Source: a virus. Taken from it: a stretch of 64,000 nt of DNA. The notes under the pieces are model-generated. The model saw nothing but the letters and a program-made list of their open reading frames with translations. It did no database searches and was not told the DNA's origin. The position numbers were made by a program, and so were the translations under genes. Position 1 is the first letter of the stretch; each line of letters starts with the position of its first letter. Shown one piece after another: positions 40,227-50,173 of this stretch. The stretch covers positions 12,333 to 76,332 of the IMG/VR virus record IMGVR_UViG_3300022074_000021, one strand, 5' to 3'.

Positions 40227-41930
40227 CTAGAGTTGCGTAAATCCTTGGTCTAATAGATCATAATAATCATCACCCATATCATTATCATCACTATTTGTCA
40301 TGCCCCAATAAACTGGATTGAGATCAGGACTACCTCCTGTAACTTCATTGTCAGTATAGATTGAAGTAGGATCTTCAAATAAAGATACTCCAAAGTCTAA
40401 CGGCTCAATAGTCTTTGGCCGGCCAGTATCATCCTTTTCTATAATTTCAAAGTATTGTTCACATATCTCGTTATCTAAAACATAGTATCCATACATTAAA
40501 GCCATAACTAAGTCATCATGACACCCATGTCTGGCTTTCCAAGTACCATTAGGATAACGTACAAAATTTCGAAGCTCATTTAAAGTTTCTCCATCCCGCA
40601 TAACAATTGACTTAAGATCATTCATCCAATAACGCATGTTAATAATACCACGATGCTTTGTATTGGTGTGGGCAATCATACCTTGCATGCGTTTCTTTCT
40701 ATGAGCGACCTTGTTACCATATGAAACTAGCTTTGGATAGCTCATATCATATGCAAGGCGATCAACAACTTGAGCACCACAATTGTTACGCTCAACTAAT
40801 GCTAATGGTGAGCCATAGTTACGAAGAATCTTATAAACTTTGTTACTAAACTCCATAGGAGAGATTTTATTATTACGATATACTGCTACTTGTCTTACTT
40901 CTGCCGGATCAGTAATATCTAGCATCTGTATAATTGAGCTATCCTTTCCAACACCCTCAGCTGTGTCGACACCGGCGGCATATATTCTACCCTCTTGTGC
41001 TTCTTCCCAAACTCTATAGCAACCATCATCTAGTACAACTTTAGGATCACATATTTGACGCTCCATCATTTCATATAAAGCATCATCAATCGAAGCTTCG
41101 CCAGAATTAATCCACTCACAACAAAACTCTTGACGCCATGCTTCATCAGATCCAATCGTTTGTTTAGTAGTAGTCGCCCATTTATTATCCCGACCAGGTA
41201 CTTCATCCCACATTATTTTTCCATATGCCCAGCCGTTCTCTTTTGTTTCAGCTCCATTATAGAGTCTATAAAATAAATTCTGTGTACCATTAGCTGTCGA
41301 GCATACGAATGCTTTTGATTTTTTCGAAGAAGATATAATAGGGAAGACAGATTTCCAAAACTCATCTACTAAATGAGGCTCAATAAATGCCATCTCGTCA
41401 ACTACTAAGCAATTAACAGATTGTCCTCGAGCAGCTGTACCAGTTGTAGTCGTAATACCAATACGAGAACCATTCTCAAGAGTCATAGATGTCTTAGCAT
41501 ATTCTTTAACAGGAGGTTTAAGCCAGTTGGGTAACTCTTCATAAGCCATTCTAACACGAGAGAAAATTTCAATAGCAGTTGCTTCTTTGTTTGCAACAAG
41601 AAGGATGCGTTGATCTTTTTGAAAGCATGCCTGCCATAATAGGTAGATTGTCATAAGAGTTGACTTACCAATCTGACGTGAGGCTAAAAGAATATAAAAT
41701 CGATTATCTCTCATAGCTCTTAATGCCTTTTTTTGAGCTGGGTATAGCTTTATTTTTTCTCTACCTGCATCTAAATTAACTATATAAAAAAAGTTTTCAG
41801 CAAAGTAAAGAATATTTTTCTGAGCTCTTTTGAGAGATTTAATTTTATCTGGAGTATATTCTCCTTGCCAGTTACGATTGGGTAAATTATCATTACCCAT
41901 ATAGAACATACCAGTATCTTTTTTTGACAT
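40227..41930 (-). CDS. gp17: Terminase large subunit gp17
   Basis: ASRQIGKST Walker A, VVDEMAF, STANG, QEFCCE, GVDTAEGVGKD, HDDLVMA. Confidence 0.95.
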   Translation of the reverse strand: MSKKDTGMFYMGNDNLPNRNWQGEYTPDKIKSLKRAQKNILYFAENFFYIVNLDAGREKIKLYPAQKKALRAMRDNRFYILLASRQIGKSTLMTIYLLWQACFQKDQRILLVANKEATAIEIFSRVRMAYEELPNWLKPPVKEYAKTSMTLENGSRIGITTTTGTAARGQSVNCLVVDEMAFIEPHLVDEFWKSVFPIISSSKKSKAFVCSTANGTQNLFYRLYNGAETKENGWAYGKIMWDEVPGRDNKWATTTKQTIGSDEAWRQEFCCEWINSGEASIDDALYEMMERQICDPKVVLDDGCYRVWEEAQEGRIYAAGVDTAEGVGKDSSIIQMLDITDPAEVRQVAVYRNNKISPMEFSNKVYKILRNYGSPLALVERNNCGAQVVDRLAYDMSYPKLVSYGNKVAHRKKRMQGMIAHTNTKHRGIINMRYWMNDLKSIVMRDGETLNELRNFVRYPNGTWKARHGCHDDLVMALMYGYYVLDNEICEQYFEIIEKDDTGRPKTIEPLDFGVSLFEDPTSIYTDNEVTGGSPDLNPVYWGMTNSDDNDMGDDYYDLLDQGFTQL

Positions 41931-42008
41931 AGACTATGCTTATTTAATCTTATATTTTTATTTTACAACTATTCCTGGTTTTTACTATCAGCTGACATAA
42001 ATATTAGC

Positions 42009-42998
42009 ATGGCTAAAACAAAAGACCTTAAAGATCTCGGTGAGGTTTATGGTAACCTTGGTAAAGAGGCTACTGTTGTTGCTGAGAATTTAGAAGCGCA
42101 AACAGTTGGTGATAAGAATGCCAATGTTGGTGATGCAGATATCCAACCTGGTGGACCAACAGCAGAGGGTGGATTTGAAGAATCGGAAGTTGATATTAAA
42201 AAGGTAGGGGATGACAATCCTTATAATATTAAAGGACTTTCATACGGGGATGATAACTGCCCTACTCTTGAGACAGAGCAACCGGAAGAGCAAGAAGCTG
42301 GAGAAAAGAAAGATGATCCAGAAAGTTCGACTGAAGAAGAAGACGAAGAAGAATTTTCCGAAGAAGTACTTGAAATTGCACGGGAGGGACTAAATAAATA
42401 TATGGCCAATAAATCTATTTTTGATGAACTCTATGCCAAAGTCATTAACGAAGACTTCGGTATGGAAGAAGTTGACGACCTTGATGCTCTCGGTATTGAA
42501 GATGCAACTCCAGATGAGGAGCTTGCTGACGATGAAGGTGACGACATTGAAGGTGAAGTAACAATTACACTTGACAAAGAACTCGCAAAAGCTCTCCATG
42601 ATATCCTTATGGCAGCCATGGAGGAAGATGATGATGATTCAGACGACGATGCTGATGCTGATGATGAAGCTGAAGATGGTGAAATGCATGGACACGAGGA
42701 TGGCGAAATGCATGGACACGAAGAAGACAACGAGGGAGAGCCAACAGCTTTTAACACCCATTATAATGATGGTAAAAGCAATAAAGTTGGTAACACTGGA
42801 GACGGCTTCGGTCAACCTAAAGTTCAGCCAATGAATAAAGTACATCACAAACCAGTAGCTGGTGCTTCTGATACAGGTGGTACTCCACAAGCTCTTAACC
42901 ATTCTGTGAATGATGGTAAGAATAATAAAGTTGGTAACCAAGGAGATGGCTTCGGTCAACCTAAAGTTGAGCCAATGAATAAAGCTGTTAAAGCATAA
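42009..42998 (+). CDS. Highly acidic late protein (scaffold/internal-protein-like) with possible internal start at 42402
   Basis: ATAAATA 6 nt upstream; duplicated NDGKxNKVGNxGDGFGQPKVxPMNK and EDGEMHGH repeats. Confidence 0.65.
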   Translation: MAKTKDLKDLGEVYGNLGKEATVVAENLEAQTVGDKNANVGDADIQPGGPTAEGGFEESEVDIKKVGDDNPYNIKGLSYGDDNCPTLETEQPEEQEAGEKKDDPESSTEEEDEEEFSEEVLEIAREGLNKYMANKSIFDELYAKVINEDFGMEEVDDLDALGIEDATPDEELADDEGDDIEGEVTITLDKELAKALHDILMAAMEEDDDDSDDDADADDEAEDGEMHGHEDGEMHGHEEDNEGEPTAFNTHYNDGKSNKVGNTGDGFGQPKVQPMNKVHHKPVAGASDTGGTPQALNHSVNDGKNNKVGNQGDGFGQPKVEPMNKAVKA

Positions 42999-43019
42999 TT
43001 AACTTAAACATATAACAGA

Positions 43020-43050
43020 AGAGACTCGTGCAAAGCACGAGTCTTTTTTT
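43020..43050 (+). terminator. Intrinsic terminator
   Basis: agactcgtgc aaa gcacgagtct ttttttt. Confidence 0.85.
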
Positions 43051-43081
43051 GTATATTGATATAACTAGCATAAATATATAC

Positions 43082-43423
43082 ATGCAGACATTTAAGGAGT
43101 ACTACCAGGGTAATCATATGATGCATGCTAATGCTACATCTGCACGCAAAGGTGGTAAAAGTATTATGCGCTCTGGTCGTAAACATGAGAACTTAACTAG
43201 AAAAGAGTATAAGCATAAATGCCCTCATGTTAAAAACCTTGTAAACGGTGGCGCAGGTTCAATTAATTTATTAGGTCAACCGCTTATGAATTCTTTACAA
43301 CTGTATGGTATGGAGTTCGAACCAGGTACAGTAAAAGGTATAGGTAACTCTGATGTAGAAATCGAAATGTTTGAAAATGAAGAAGGTCAGCCGCAAGCTA
43401 TCCTTCGTAGAAAAAATAAATAA
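43082..43423 (+). CDS. Hypothetical late protein (MQTFKEY N-terminus)
   Basis: Start moved to 43082, 6 nt after ATAAATA. Confidence 0.6.
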   Translation: MQTFKEYYQGNHMMHANATSARKGGKSIMRSGRKHENLTRKEYKHKCPHVKNLVNGGAGSINLLGQPLMNSLQLYGMEFEPGTVKGIGNSDVEIEMFENEEGQPQAILRRKNK

Positions 43424-44193
43424 TGGCTTGTAATACTAACAGATTAAATTGTACTCCTGAAGAGGTTATGATGGCTGCAAGCACTCCTTGTGGTGAATTA
43501 GTGAATGCAGATAAATTACAAGCTGAGCAACTAGTATATGATTTAGCCTATCGAGATCTAATTAACAATCATGGTATCAATATAGATTATTATATTAAGC
43601 CATTTAGTTTATCTGCTGCAAATATGCTGTATGGCGAAGATCCTACAGCTATATTCGAAGCTGCATCAGGTATGCAAATGTATGTAGAGTTATCTCAAGA
43701 TGCATTAGCACTTACTCAGTTTGGATTTGATCCGGGTGATGAATTTACTGGCTTTATTCATATTGAAACTTTTCGTAATGTAATGAGCGCTAGCGTCTCG
43801 TATGATAATTTAGAAGATGTTGAGCCTAAATCAGGTGACCTGGTTGAAATAACTGGACTAGGTTGCGACAGACCAGGTGGCCGATCAGCAAACATTTATG
43901 AAATTACAGAACGTCGAGATGAAGATATTTCATCTATTAATCCTATATTAGGTCATTACGTATACCGTATAAGAGCTAAGCGGTATGAATACTCATTTGA
44001 ACCTAATGCGCCAAAAGAGTCTAAAAACGAGCAGGTATATGATGACTCACAATTTGGCACACTTAGTACTAATCTTAGTGCAGATAGTGTATCAGATGCT
44101 AAGACATATGATTGGAACATTGATGATGATTCCCAGCAAAATGTCTATGATATGGATGTAAATGATAATAGCATTTACGGAGATTATTATTAA
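43423..44193 (+). CDS. gp14: Neck protein gp14-like
   Basis: INNHGINIDYY...LYGEDP...MYVE...LTQFG...PKSGDLV...YEITE...KRYEYS. Confidence 0.75.
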   Translation: MACNTNRLNCTPEEVMMAASTPCGELVNADKLQAEQLVYDLAYRDLINNHGINIDYYIKPFSLSAANMLYGEDPTAIFEAASGMQMYVELSQDALALTQFGFDPGDEFTGFIHIETFRNVMSASVSYDNLEDVEPKSGDLVEITGLGCDRPGGRSANIYEITERRDEDISSINPILGHYVYRIRAKRYEYSFEPNAPKESKNEQVYDDSQFGTLSTNLSADSVSDAKTYDWNIDDDSQQNVYDMDVNDNSIYGDYY

Positions 44194-44227
44194 AAAAAAG
44201 CCGGTGGATCATATGATCCACCGGCTT
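44192..44227. terminator. Terminator between convergent genes
   Basis: aaaaaaaagccggtggatcatatgatccaccggctt palindrome; the T-run is on the minus strand. Confidence 0.8.
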
Positions 44228-44239
44228 GTTCGAGTTGGG

Positions 44240-44431
44240 TTATTCTTCAACTGTTTCTGTTTCTTCCTCTTCAGGATCGGACCATTGGTCCTTGGCTTGC
44301 TCTTGAATCTTATTAAAAATAACAGTAGCGGCTTCAGCAACCTGAAGGCCTTGTGATTTTACTGCTACATCAATAAGTTTGAAAAGCGCGCCTGTTTCGT
44401 TTTCAGTCAATGTTAGTTTAATTTCATTCAT
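44240..44431 (-). CDS. Small hypothetical protein
   Basis: ORF track; LIDVAVKSQGLQVAEAA. Confidence 0.6.
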   Translation of the reverse strand: MNEIKLTLTENETGALFKLIDVAVKSQGLQVAEAATVIFNKIQEQAKDQWSDPEEEETETVEE

Positions 44432-44439
44432 GGGATTAT

Positions 44440-45462
44440 TTATTTTTTACGATTTTTTTTATTTGTTGCTCGTTTAGCCGCACTTGGTGTAGTTTCTACC
44501 ACTTGCTGTGCTTTAGATTGTGGAGCCGCGGCCATAGTTGTTTTGGTCGGCTGTAAGAGTGATTTCAGTATACCGTCTATATCAAACATCTGATTTACGT
44601 CATCATAGGGGCATTCATGCAGAGAGCCTGTAAACGTATAATCATATAAATAAGAATCGATAGTACCTTCTGGAAATTGGACTGGTGCTTTAATATTCGT
44701 ATGTAAATCATAACCAAATAGTTCTGGTTGCGTGCCTACCCAAACAACTGTTGATGATTTGTTCATAGCCGCTGCAGCATGTTGGAATGACGAATCAACA
44801 AATAAACAACGATCAGCAATACGAATCATATTAAAAAGAGTTTTCTTTGGTACAACTTTTTCATACCTAATAACATTATTAAGTTTATGATGAAAGTCAT
44901 AACAAACATGAATAATCTGATAATGCTCCTTCAACTTATCAACAAGATGTTGAGCTACTTCCGGGTGAATATCACGAGTCCAAGAATATGAGTCTGCTTG
45001 ATGCTCTTTGCCAGGTCCGCCAAACGGTTGGAATAAAAGTATCGGTTTAGTTTTCTGTATTGCAGATAACTCCGGATCAACATAATTAGCCTCGCGCATA
45101 TTCATAGGTAGTTTTGGAGCTTCTCCTTTATAGTCAATACCAATCATATTACACCAGGTAAGAATAAGATGTTTTTGTTTCTTAATATGACTTGTCTCTT
45201 TATAAGGTTCTTGCGAAAACACAACTGTATCTTTAGCATATATATAATCCTCGTAAAAATAAGGTACATTACCTAATCTATATACACGTTCTATATCTTT
45301 ATTACCTAGAAAGATTTCGGGCCAAGCACATACTACAATAATTTTTGTAGATGGATGGTTGTTTTTGTATGCCTTTACTACCGCTGTAGAACAAATATGT
45401 TTACCAATACCTCCTTCAATATTAAAAACTGCAAATTCAGGACTTTGTTCGCTCATATACAT
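44440..45462 (-). CDS. Glycosyltransferase, GT9 (heptosyltransferase)-like
   Basis: GGIGKHICSTAVV, LFQPFGG, VDSSFQHAAAAM..STVVW..PELFGY. Confidence 0.75.
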   Translation of the reverse strand: MYMSEQSPEFAVFNIEGGIGKHICSTAVVKAYKNNHPSTKIIVVCAWPEIFLGNKDIERVYRLGNVPYFYEDYIYAKDTVVFSQEPYKETSHIKKQKHLILTWCNMIGIDYKGEAPKLPMNMREANYVDPELSAIQKTKPILLFQPFGGPGKEHQADSYSWTRDIHPEVAQHLVDKLKEHYQIIHVCYDFHHKLNNVIRYEKVVPKKTLFNMIRIADRCLFVDSSFQHAAAAMNKSSTVVWVGTQPELFGYDLHTNIKAPVQFPEGTIDSYLYDYTFTGSLHECPYDDVNQMFDIDGILKSLLQPTKTTMAAAPQSKAQQVVETTPSAAKRATNKKNRKK

Positions 45463-45499
45463 AATAATTTATATTATGTCGAGCGAAAATCAACTACAT

Positions 45500-46174
45500 T
45501 TAAGTAGAGACTTTCAAAGTACCGCTAGAATTCCATACAACACCAACTACTCCTGGATCGGATGTTGGTAACGTCTTAAGGAATAGGCTCTGCGCGTGAA
45601 GCATTTCCGAACTTACAGATGCAACACTAGTCCCTCCCGCTATCGCAGCTCTGCAATGACGGAGATTATTAGCATTACCACCAACTATAGCGCCTTCAGC
45701 ACCTACTGAAGTAATAAGATTATCATCACCTCCTCCTACAAATGAAAAGTTAGCGCAGGTATCATTATTATTACCTCCTGCTACGGCTGAACCACCACCA
45801 GAAGCATCGTTGTAGTATCCTCCTACTACACTAGCAAAAGGTCCACAGGCTGTTGTATTAAACCCGGACTTAAGTTTGTTAAATGTCTGTGTACCAACAA
45901 AAGTATTATTTTGATCTATTTGAGCGAAGTCGGCAGATGTTGTTTGGTAAGAAGAATAAACACCGTCCCAAGTAGCACTTGAAGATTGCACTGTAGTATA
46001 AACTCCTGAAGTGGAAGCATATATGGTTTTAGCAACGAACGAATTACTTAAAACATCACCAATATTAGTTACTGTTGCTACTTTTGTACTGGAGCTTTGA
46101 ACTAATGCAAACTGTTCTGTTCCAGCTAATGGTGTAGTTGCTGCTGGGAGATCACTAATTTTAATACCGGCCAT
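45500..46174 (-). CDS. Fibre/adhesin-like structural protein
   Basis: IKISDLPAAT N-terminus; SVVGGYYN/AVAGGNNN/SFVGGGDDN repeats; LPTSDP.V.G.VWN.SG.LKVS C-terminus. Confidence 0.6.
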   Translation of the reverse strand: MAGIKISDLPAATTPLAGTEQFALVQSSSTKVATVTNIGDVLSNSFVAKTIYASTSGVYTTVQSSSATWDGVYSSYQTTSADFAQIDQNNTFVGTQTFNKLKSGFNTTACGPFASVVGGYYNDASGGGSAVAGGNNNDTCANFSFVGGGDDNLITSVGAEGAIVGGNANNLRHCRAAIAGGTSVASVSSEMLHAQSLFLKTLPTSDPGVVGVVWNSSGTLKVST

Positions 46175-46235
46175 ATCATTATTTATGTCAAAGGTAGTTG
46201 ATTAATAGGAACTTCATTATAATATATTTGTAATA

Positions 46236-46934
46236 ATGAACGCTCCCATAACATTTAGAGAAAAAGATCATACTTATACTCACAATGAAACTGGTGAGAG
46301 GTTTACATCTGTCACAACATTACTAGGTAAATATAAAAAGCCTTTTGATTCTGACGGTGCTGCAACACGAGTAGCAAAACGAGAAGGCGTTACGAAAGAA
46401 ATGATTCTCGAAATGTGGGAGAAAGAAAAGAATAGAGCCTGTGATAGAGGTACAGAAATTCATAAGCTTTTAGAAGATTATATTACGTTTGGAGATGAAG
46501 CAGATAATTGGGGCTGGTTATATAAAAGTTATGACAAGTCGCGGGAATGGAATATAGATAAATTTGATAGAGTATTGTGTGAGCAGTTAGTATGGAGTGA
46601 AGATTTTAAAGTATCTGGGCTTGCTGATCTAATCTATGAACATAAAGATGGTACGTTTACGGTTGGGGATTTCAAGACTAATAAGAGGTATAGATTTGGA
46701 TCAGATTTTGGAGAGTGGATGCTTGAACCTTTAGATCATTTATCAGTATGTGAACATTCTACGTATACTATGCAACTATCACTATATGCATATCTATACG
46801 AACAAATGACGGGTAAAAAATGTCGTAAGCTTGTTATATATTATTTAAACAAAGATAAGTTTGTAGCCTATCATGGTAATTATATGAAAGCTGAAGTAAA
46901 AGAATTGCTAAAACACTTTTTTTACAATGGTTAA
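46236..46934 (+). CDS. PD-(D/E)XK exonuclease
   Basis: HTY...SVTTLL...RGTEIH...SGLADLI...GDFKT...YTMQLSLY. Confidence 0.8.
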   Translation: MNAPITFREKDHTYTHNETGERFTSVTTLLGKYKKPFDSDGAATRVAKREGVTKEMILEMWEKEKNRACDRGTEIHKLLEDYITFGDEADNWGWLYKSYDKSREWNIDKFDRVLCEQLVWSEDFKVSGLADLIYEHKDGTFTVGDFKTNKRYRFGSDFGEWMLEPLDHLSVCEHSTYTMQLSLYAYLYEQMTGKKCRKLVIYYLNKDKFVAYHGNYMKAEVKELLKHFFYNG

Positions 46935-46967
46935 TTAAAAGTTATTAAATAAATAGCTTTTATACCC

Positions 46968-47171
46968 ATGAAGAAGACGACAATCATTTTTAAACTAGAA
47001 AAATGTATAGATAGATCTTTAGAAGCATTGTATGATGCACGTGATCTTTTAGAAGAGGCAGAAGATATAGAACTAGATCAATTAATAAACGACGTTGTTG
47101 AAGAGTTAGAATGTGATATTGCTGATAAGATTGAAACTATCCGTGAAAGAATAGATAAAATATTTGAATAA
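46968..47171 (+). CDS. Small acidic hypothetical protein
   Basis: ORF track. Confidence 0.55.
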   Translation: MKKTTIIFKLEKCIDRSLEALYDARDLLEEAEDIELDQLINDVVEELECDIADKIETIRERIDKIFE

Positions 47172-48025
47172 TGAGAAAAAAAGTACTTATATTAGGTAGA
47201 GGTTATGTGGGTGACTATATATTAGCTAATATGGCAAAAAATCCTGTAATTGATATTGATGTCTATTCTAAGGCAGAATATGATTACACAGATGAATATT
47301 ACCTACGTGATCTAATCCAAGAGCATCGTTATAATTATCTAATTAATGCTCAAGGCTTTACAGGTCGACCAAACGTCGATCAAGCTGAAGCTATGAAAGA
47401 GGATTGTTGGAAGTATAATGTACAAGTACCTTTGATGTTTAGTAGAGTATGTAAAGATTTGAACGTTCAACCTATCCATATTACATCAGGTTGTATATTT
47501 ACGGGTTACGATAAAGCGTGGAGTGAAGCTGATGAGCCAAACTTTGGTGTATTTAACTCTGATGCGTCGTTTTACTCTACTTGTAAACATGCATTCGAAT
47601 CAGTAAACGACTTCGGCATTACTATACGTATTCGTATGCCATTTTGTAATATTCTCCATGATAGATCATACCTAACTAAGATTCATAAGTATGATAATCT
47701 TATTCAAGCAGTTAATTCTAAAACATATATTCCAGAATTAGTAGACTTTATTGAAACTCTTGTAGAAGACGGTCGTACAGGTACCGATACAATTCACTTC
47801 TGTAACCCGGAGCCTCTCTCTACATCAGATGTTGTTGATATTATGAGAGGGTTTGAATTAGAAAATCTAAATTGGTCATGGGTAGATATTGAAGATCTTA
47901 ACCTTGCAGCTGGTCGTTCAAACTGCACTCTCGATACAACAAAAGTTAAGGAAGAATATGGATATACTTTATCAACAGAACGAGAAGCGTTACAAAAGAG
48001 CTTAGCTGCTATTACAGCTGCTTGA
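47171..48025 (+). CDS. NDP-4-keto-6-deoxy-sugar epimerase/reductase (RmlD-like, NRS/ER type)
   Basis: LILGRGYVG, GFTGRPNVD, SGCIF, FYSTCK, IRIRMP, RSNCTLD. Confidence 0.8.
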   Translation: MRKKVLILGRGYVGDYILANMAKNPVIDIDVYSKAEYDYTDEYYLRDLIQEHRYNYLINAQGFTGRPNVDQAEAMKEDCWKYNVQVPLMFSRVCKDLNVQPIHITSGCIFTGYDKAWSEADEPNFGVFNSDASFYSTCKHAFESVNDFGITIRIRMPFCNILHDRSYLTKIHKYDNLIQAVNSKTYIPELVDFIETLVEDGRTGTDTIHFCNPEPLSTSDVVDIMRGFELENLNWSWVDIEDLNLAAGRSNCTLDTTKVKEEYGYTLSTEREALQKSLAAITAA

Positions 48026-48041
48026 TTAAATAAGTATGTAG

Positions 48042-49565
48042 ATGAGCTTTAATATTTTCGAGAATACTAATCTTGATTTCGATGTGTCGTTAATCAAGAT
48101 GTCACGTACCCGAGATGAAAATAAAACTCTTAAAGATGTAATTGAGAGTACTACACCTATTGAACCTGCTGCAGTACTTAGTTTGGATTTACGTGAATCA
48201 TCTTTGGGGATGGGATTTGTCGGTAGCATTACTATAAATAATAAATTTAAAATATTAGATAATTTAGATATTACTACTAATAGTCCTCATGAGGTTTACA
48301 TTGCAATTAAAATAACAGATCTTGATTTGCAACAGATTGCTGATATACCAGCAGAAGATAAGTGTATCACATTGATCGGATTTATTAATAATACATCGTC
48401 TGGAGCAATTAATATTATTGATACGGTAGTTGTATTTGAATTTGAAGAAGCTTTTATAGCTGCTTTAAAACAAACACAAACCTTGCGTAATTTTTTTAAT
48501 GAAGACAATATTGATGTTATATCTCTTGCAAATAAATTTAATCGACAACTATTTAAATTAGGAAACGAAGATGAAGATATAGTTACGGCCGACTCTGTTA
48601 CACCTAATATAAAGCATAATATTAAAACTGCTTTCAATAATCATGACGGTAATGATCCTAGCGTGTATGATGCAATGCAAGAAATGCTGAAAGAAACAAC
48701 AGCCGGCGAGGTTGTATACGATAAACCAGGCCGGGTCTCCTTTTTTAGGTTTGTTAATCGTCTTTCTGATTTTGAAGATGATAATAGTGAGGTTATTAGA
48801 CAATTGCAGTTTGGACCATTTCTATCAGATAGACATTTACAATTTGTTAGATCAGTTTTAGAAAACAATCTTGATGGTGATTATAGTGATGTATATACAG
48901 AAAAATTTACACTAGGTCCTTTAGCCGAAGCATCCGATGATCCTAGTACAAATTTATACAATAACATTGAATCCTATAATATTAGCCGTGCTAACACTGG
49001 TGAACTAAAAGAGACAATATGGGGAGATTATCGTTTAGATAAAATTATTCCTGGTCAGGACCTATCTATCCCTTCTCCCACTACAAAACGTTTTTCAAAA
49101 ATACAAAAAGACTTTATTAAAATTAATTTACCGGATTTGCCAGTAGGGTTAAATTTACCAGTTTTTATAGATGGAGAGTTAAAAGATTTTCATATAGACT
49201 TTAATGCTACTTCCAGTAATGATGATGTAGACCGGTCTAGAATTCAAAATCAAAACAAAATAGCCAACTTAGTACATAAAAGCTTTTTAACTATAGTAGA
49301 GACAATTACATTTAAGGTCAAAGGTAGTGTAATTAGACGTCCTAATACATTTATTTGGATTGAAAATGGTAAAGAAGAAGAACCATATAAAAAGCTGTGG
49401 TATGTAAATAGTGTCGAACATGTTTTTGCTAGTGGAAAATATACTACAAGCATAGTAGCAACTAAAATATTTGGAAATGTTACGCTAAACGATTTTGGAG
49501 TTAGTCTTGGTGAGATACCATTAGGAGGGACTGATGGTCGACCCGACCGCACCGGTGAGGCTTAA
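48042..49565 (+). CDS. Baseplate hub gp27-like protein
   Basis: C-terminal ITFKVKG...RRP..FI...WYVNSVEHVF..GKYTTSIVATK; TTAAATA upstream. Confidence 0.55.
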   Translation: MSFNIFENTNLDFDVSLIKMSRTRDENKTLKDVIESTTPIEPAAVLSLDLRESSLGMGFVGSITINNKFKILDNLDITTNSPHEVYIAIKITDLDLQQIADIPAEDKCITLIGFINNTSSGAINIIDTVVVFEFEEAFIAALKQTQTLRNFFNEDNIDVISLANKFNRQLFKLGNEDEDIVTADSVTPNIKHNIKTAFNNHDGNDPSVYDAMQEMLKETTAGEVVYDKPGRVSFFRFVNRLSDFEDDNSEVIRQLQFGPFLSDRHLQFVRSVLENNLDGDYSDVYTEKFTLGPLAEASDDPSTNLYNNIESYNISRANTGELKETIWGDYRLDKIIPGQDLSIPSPTTKRFSKIQKDFIKINLPDLPVGLNLPVFIDGELKDFHIDFNATSSNDDVDRSRIQNQNKIANLVHKSFLTIVETITFKVKGSVIRRPNTFIWIENGKEEEPYKKLWYVNSVEHVFASGKYTTSIVATKIFGNVTLNDFGVSLGEIPLGGTDGRPDRTGEA

Positions 49566-49603
49566 TAGTTGATTATTTTATATACCTACATTAATATAAA
49601 CGT

Positions 49604-50173
49604 ATGCATAACCAAGTAGTAGACTCCCATAAGAGTACTGTCTATAAGAAGCTTAAGGCACAAAGTCCTTTAGATGTAGTCGCTTTTACTGCAGGTAACT
49701 TTGATATTATTCACCCTGGTTATACAGCTACGTTTGAAGAGGCTAAAAGACATTGTGATAAGTTCATAGTATTCTTGCATGGTGATCCTTCTGCTACTCG
49801 TAATACAAAATATAGGCCAGTAGTACCATACTACGACCGTTATAAGATGCTCATGTCTATTAAGCATATTGATGAAGTCTATATGTACCAGACAGAAAAA
49901 GAACTTTTAGAGCTTATGAAGACTTTTGATCTTGATGTCCGTATTTTAGGAGAAGATTATCTTGGTAAACCTTTTACTGGTGATGACTTAGACCATGAAG
50001 TTATATATACAACGAGATCACATGAATGGTCTACAACTAAGTTTAAGAATCGTATTGCAGCTATGACTATGATTCAGAATGAGAAGCTACGCAATAGGGT
50101 GTTAGCTCTACTTAACGATGAGGATGCATCAGATGATATACTTAAAGGTGACTTTACAGAATTAGAGAAATGA
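49604..50173 (+). CDS. Cytidylyltransferase-like protein (TagD family)
   Basis: AGNFDIIHPGY, ILGEDY.GKPFTG, RSHEWSTT. Confidence 0.85.
   Translation: MHNQVVDSHKSTVYKKLKAQSPLDVVAFTAGNFDIIHPGYTATFEEAKRHCDKFIVFLHGDPSATRNTKYRPVVPYYDRYKMLMSIKHIDEVYMYQTEKELLELMKTFDLDVRILGEDYLGKPFTGDDLDHEVIYTTRSHEWSTTKFKNRIAAMTMIQNEKLRNRVLALLNDEDASDDILKGDFTELEK

Noticed and set aside
40227-41930. Intein or intron in terminase
   Set aside because: Length and motif spacing are normal for gp17.
46236-46934. Cas4 / CRISPR system
   Set aside because: No array or other cas genes; lacks the C-terminal Cys cluster typical of Cas4; standalone PD-(D/E)XK nucleases are common in phages.
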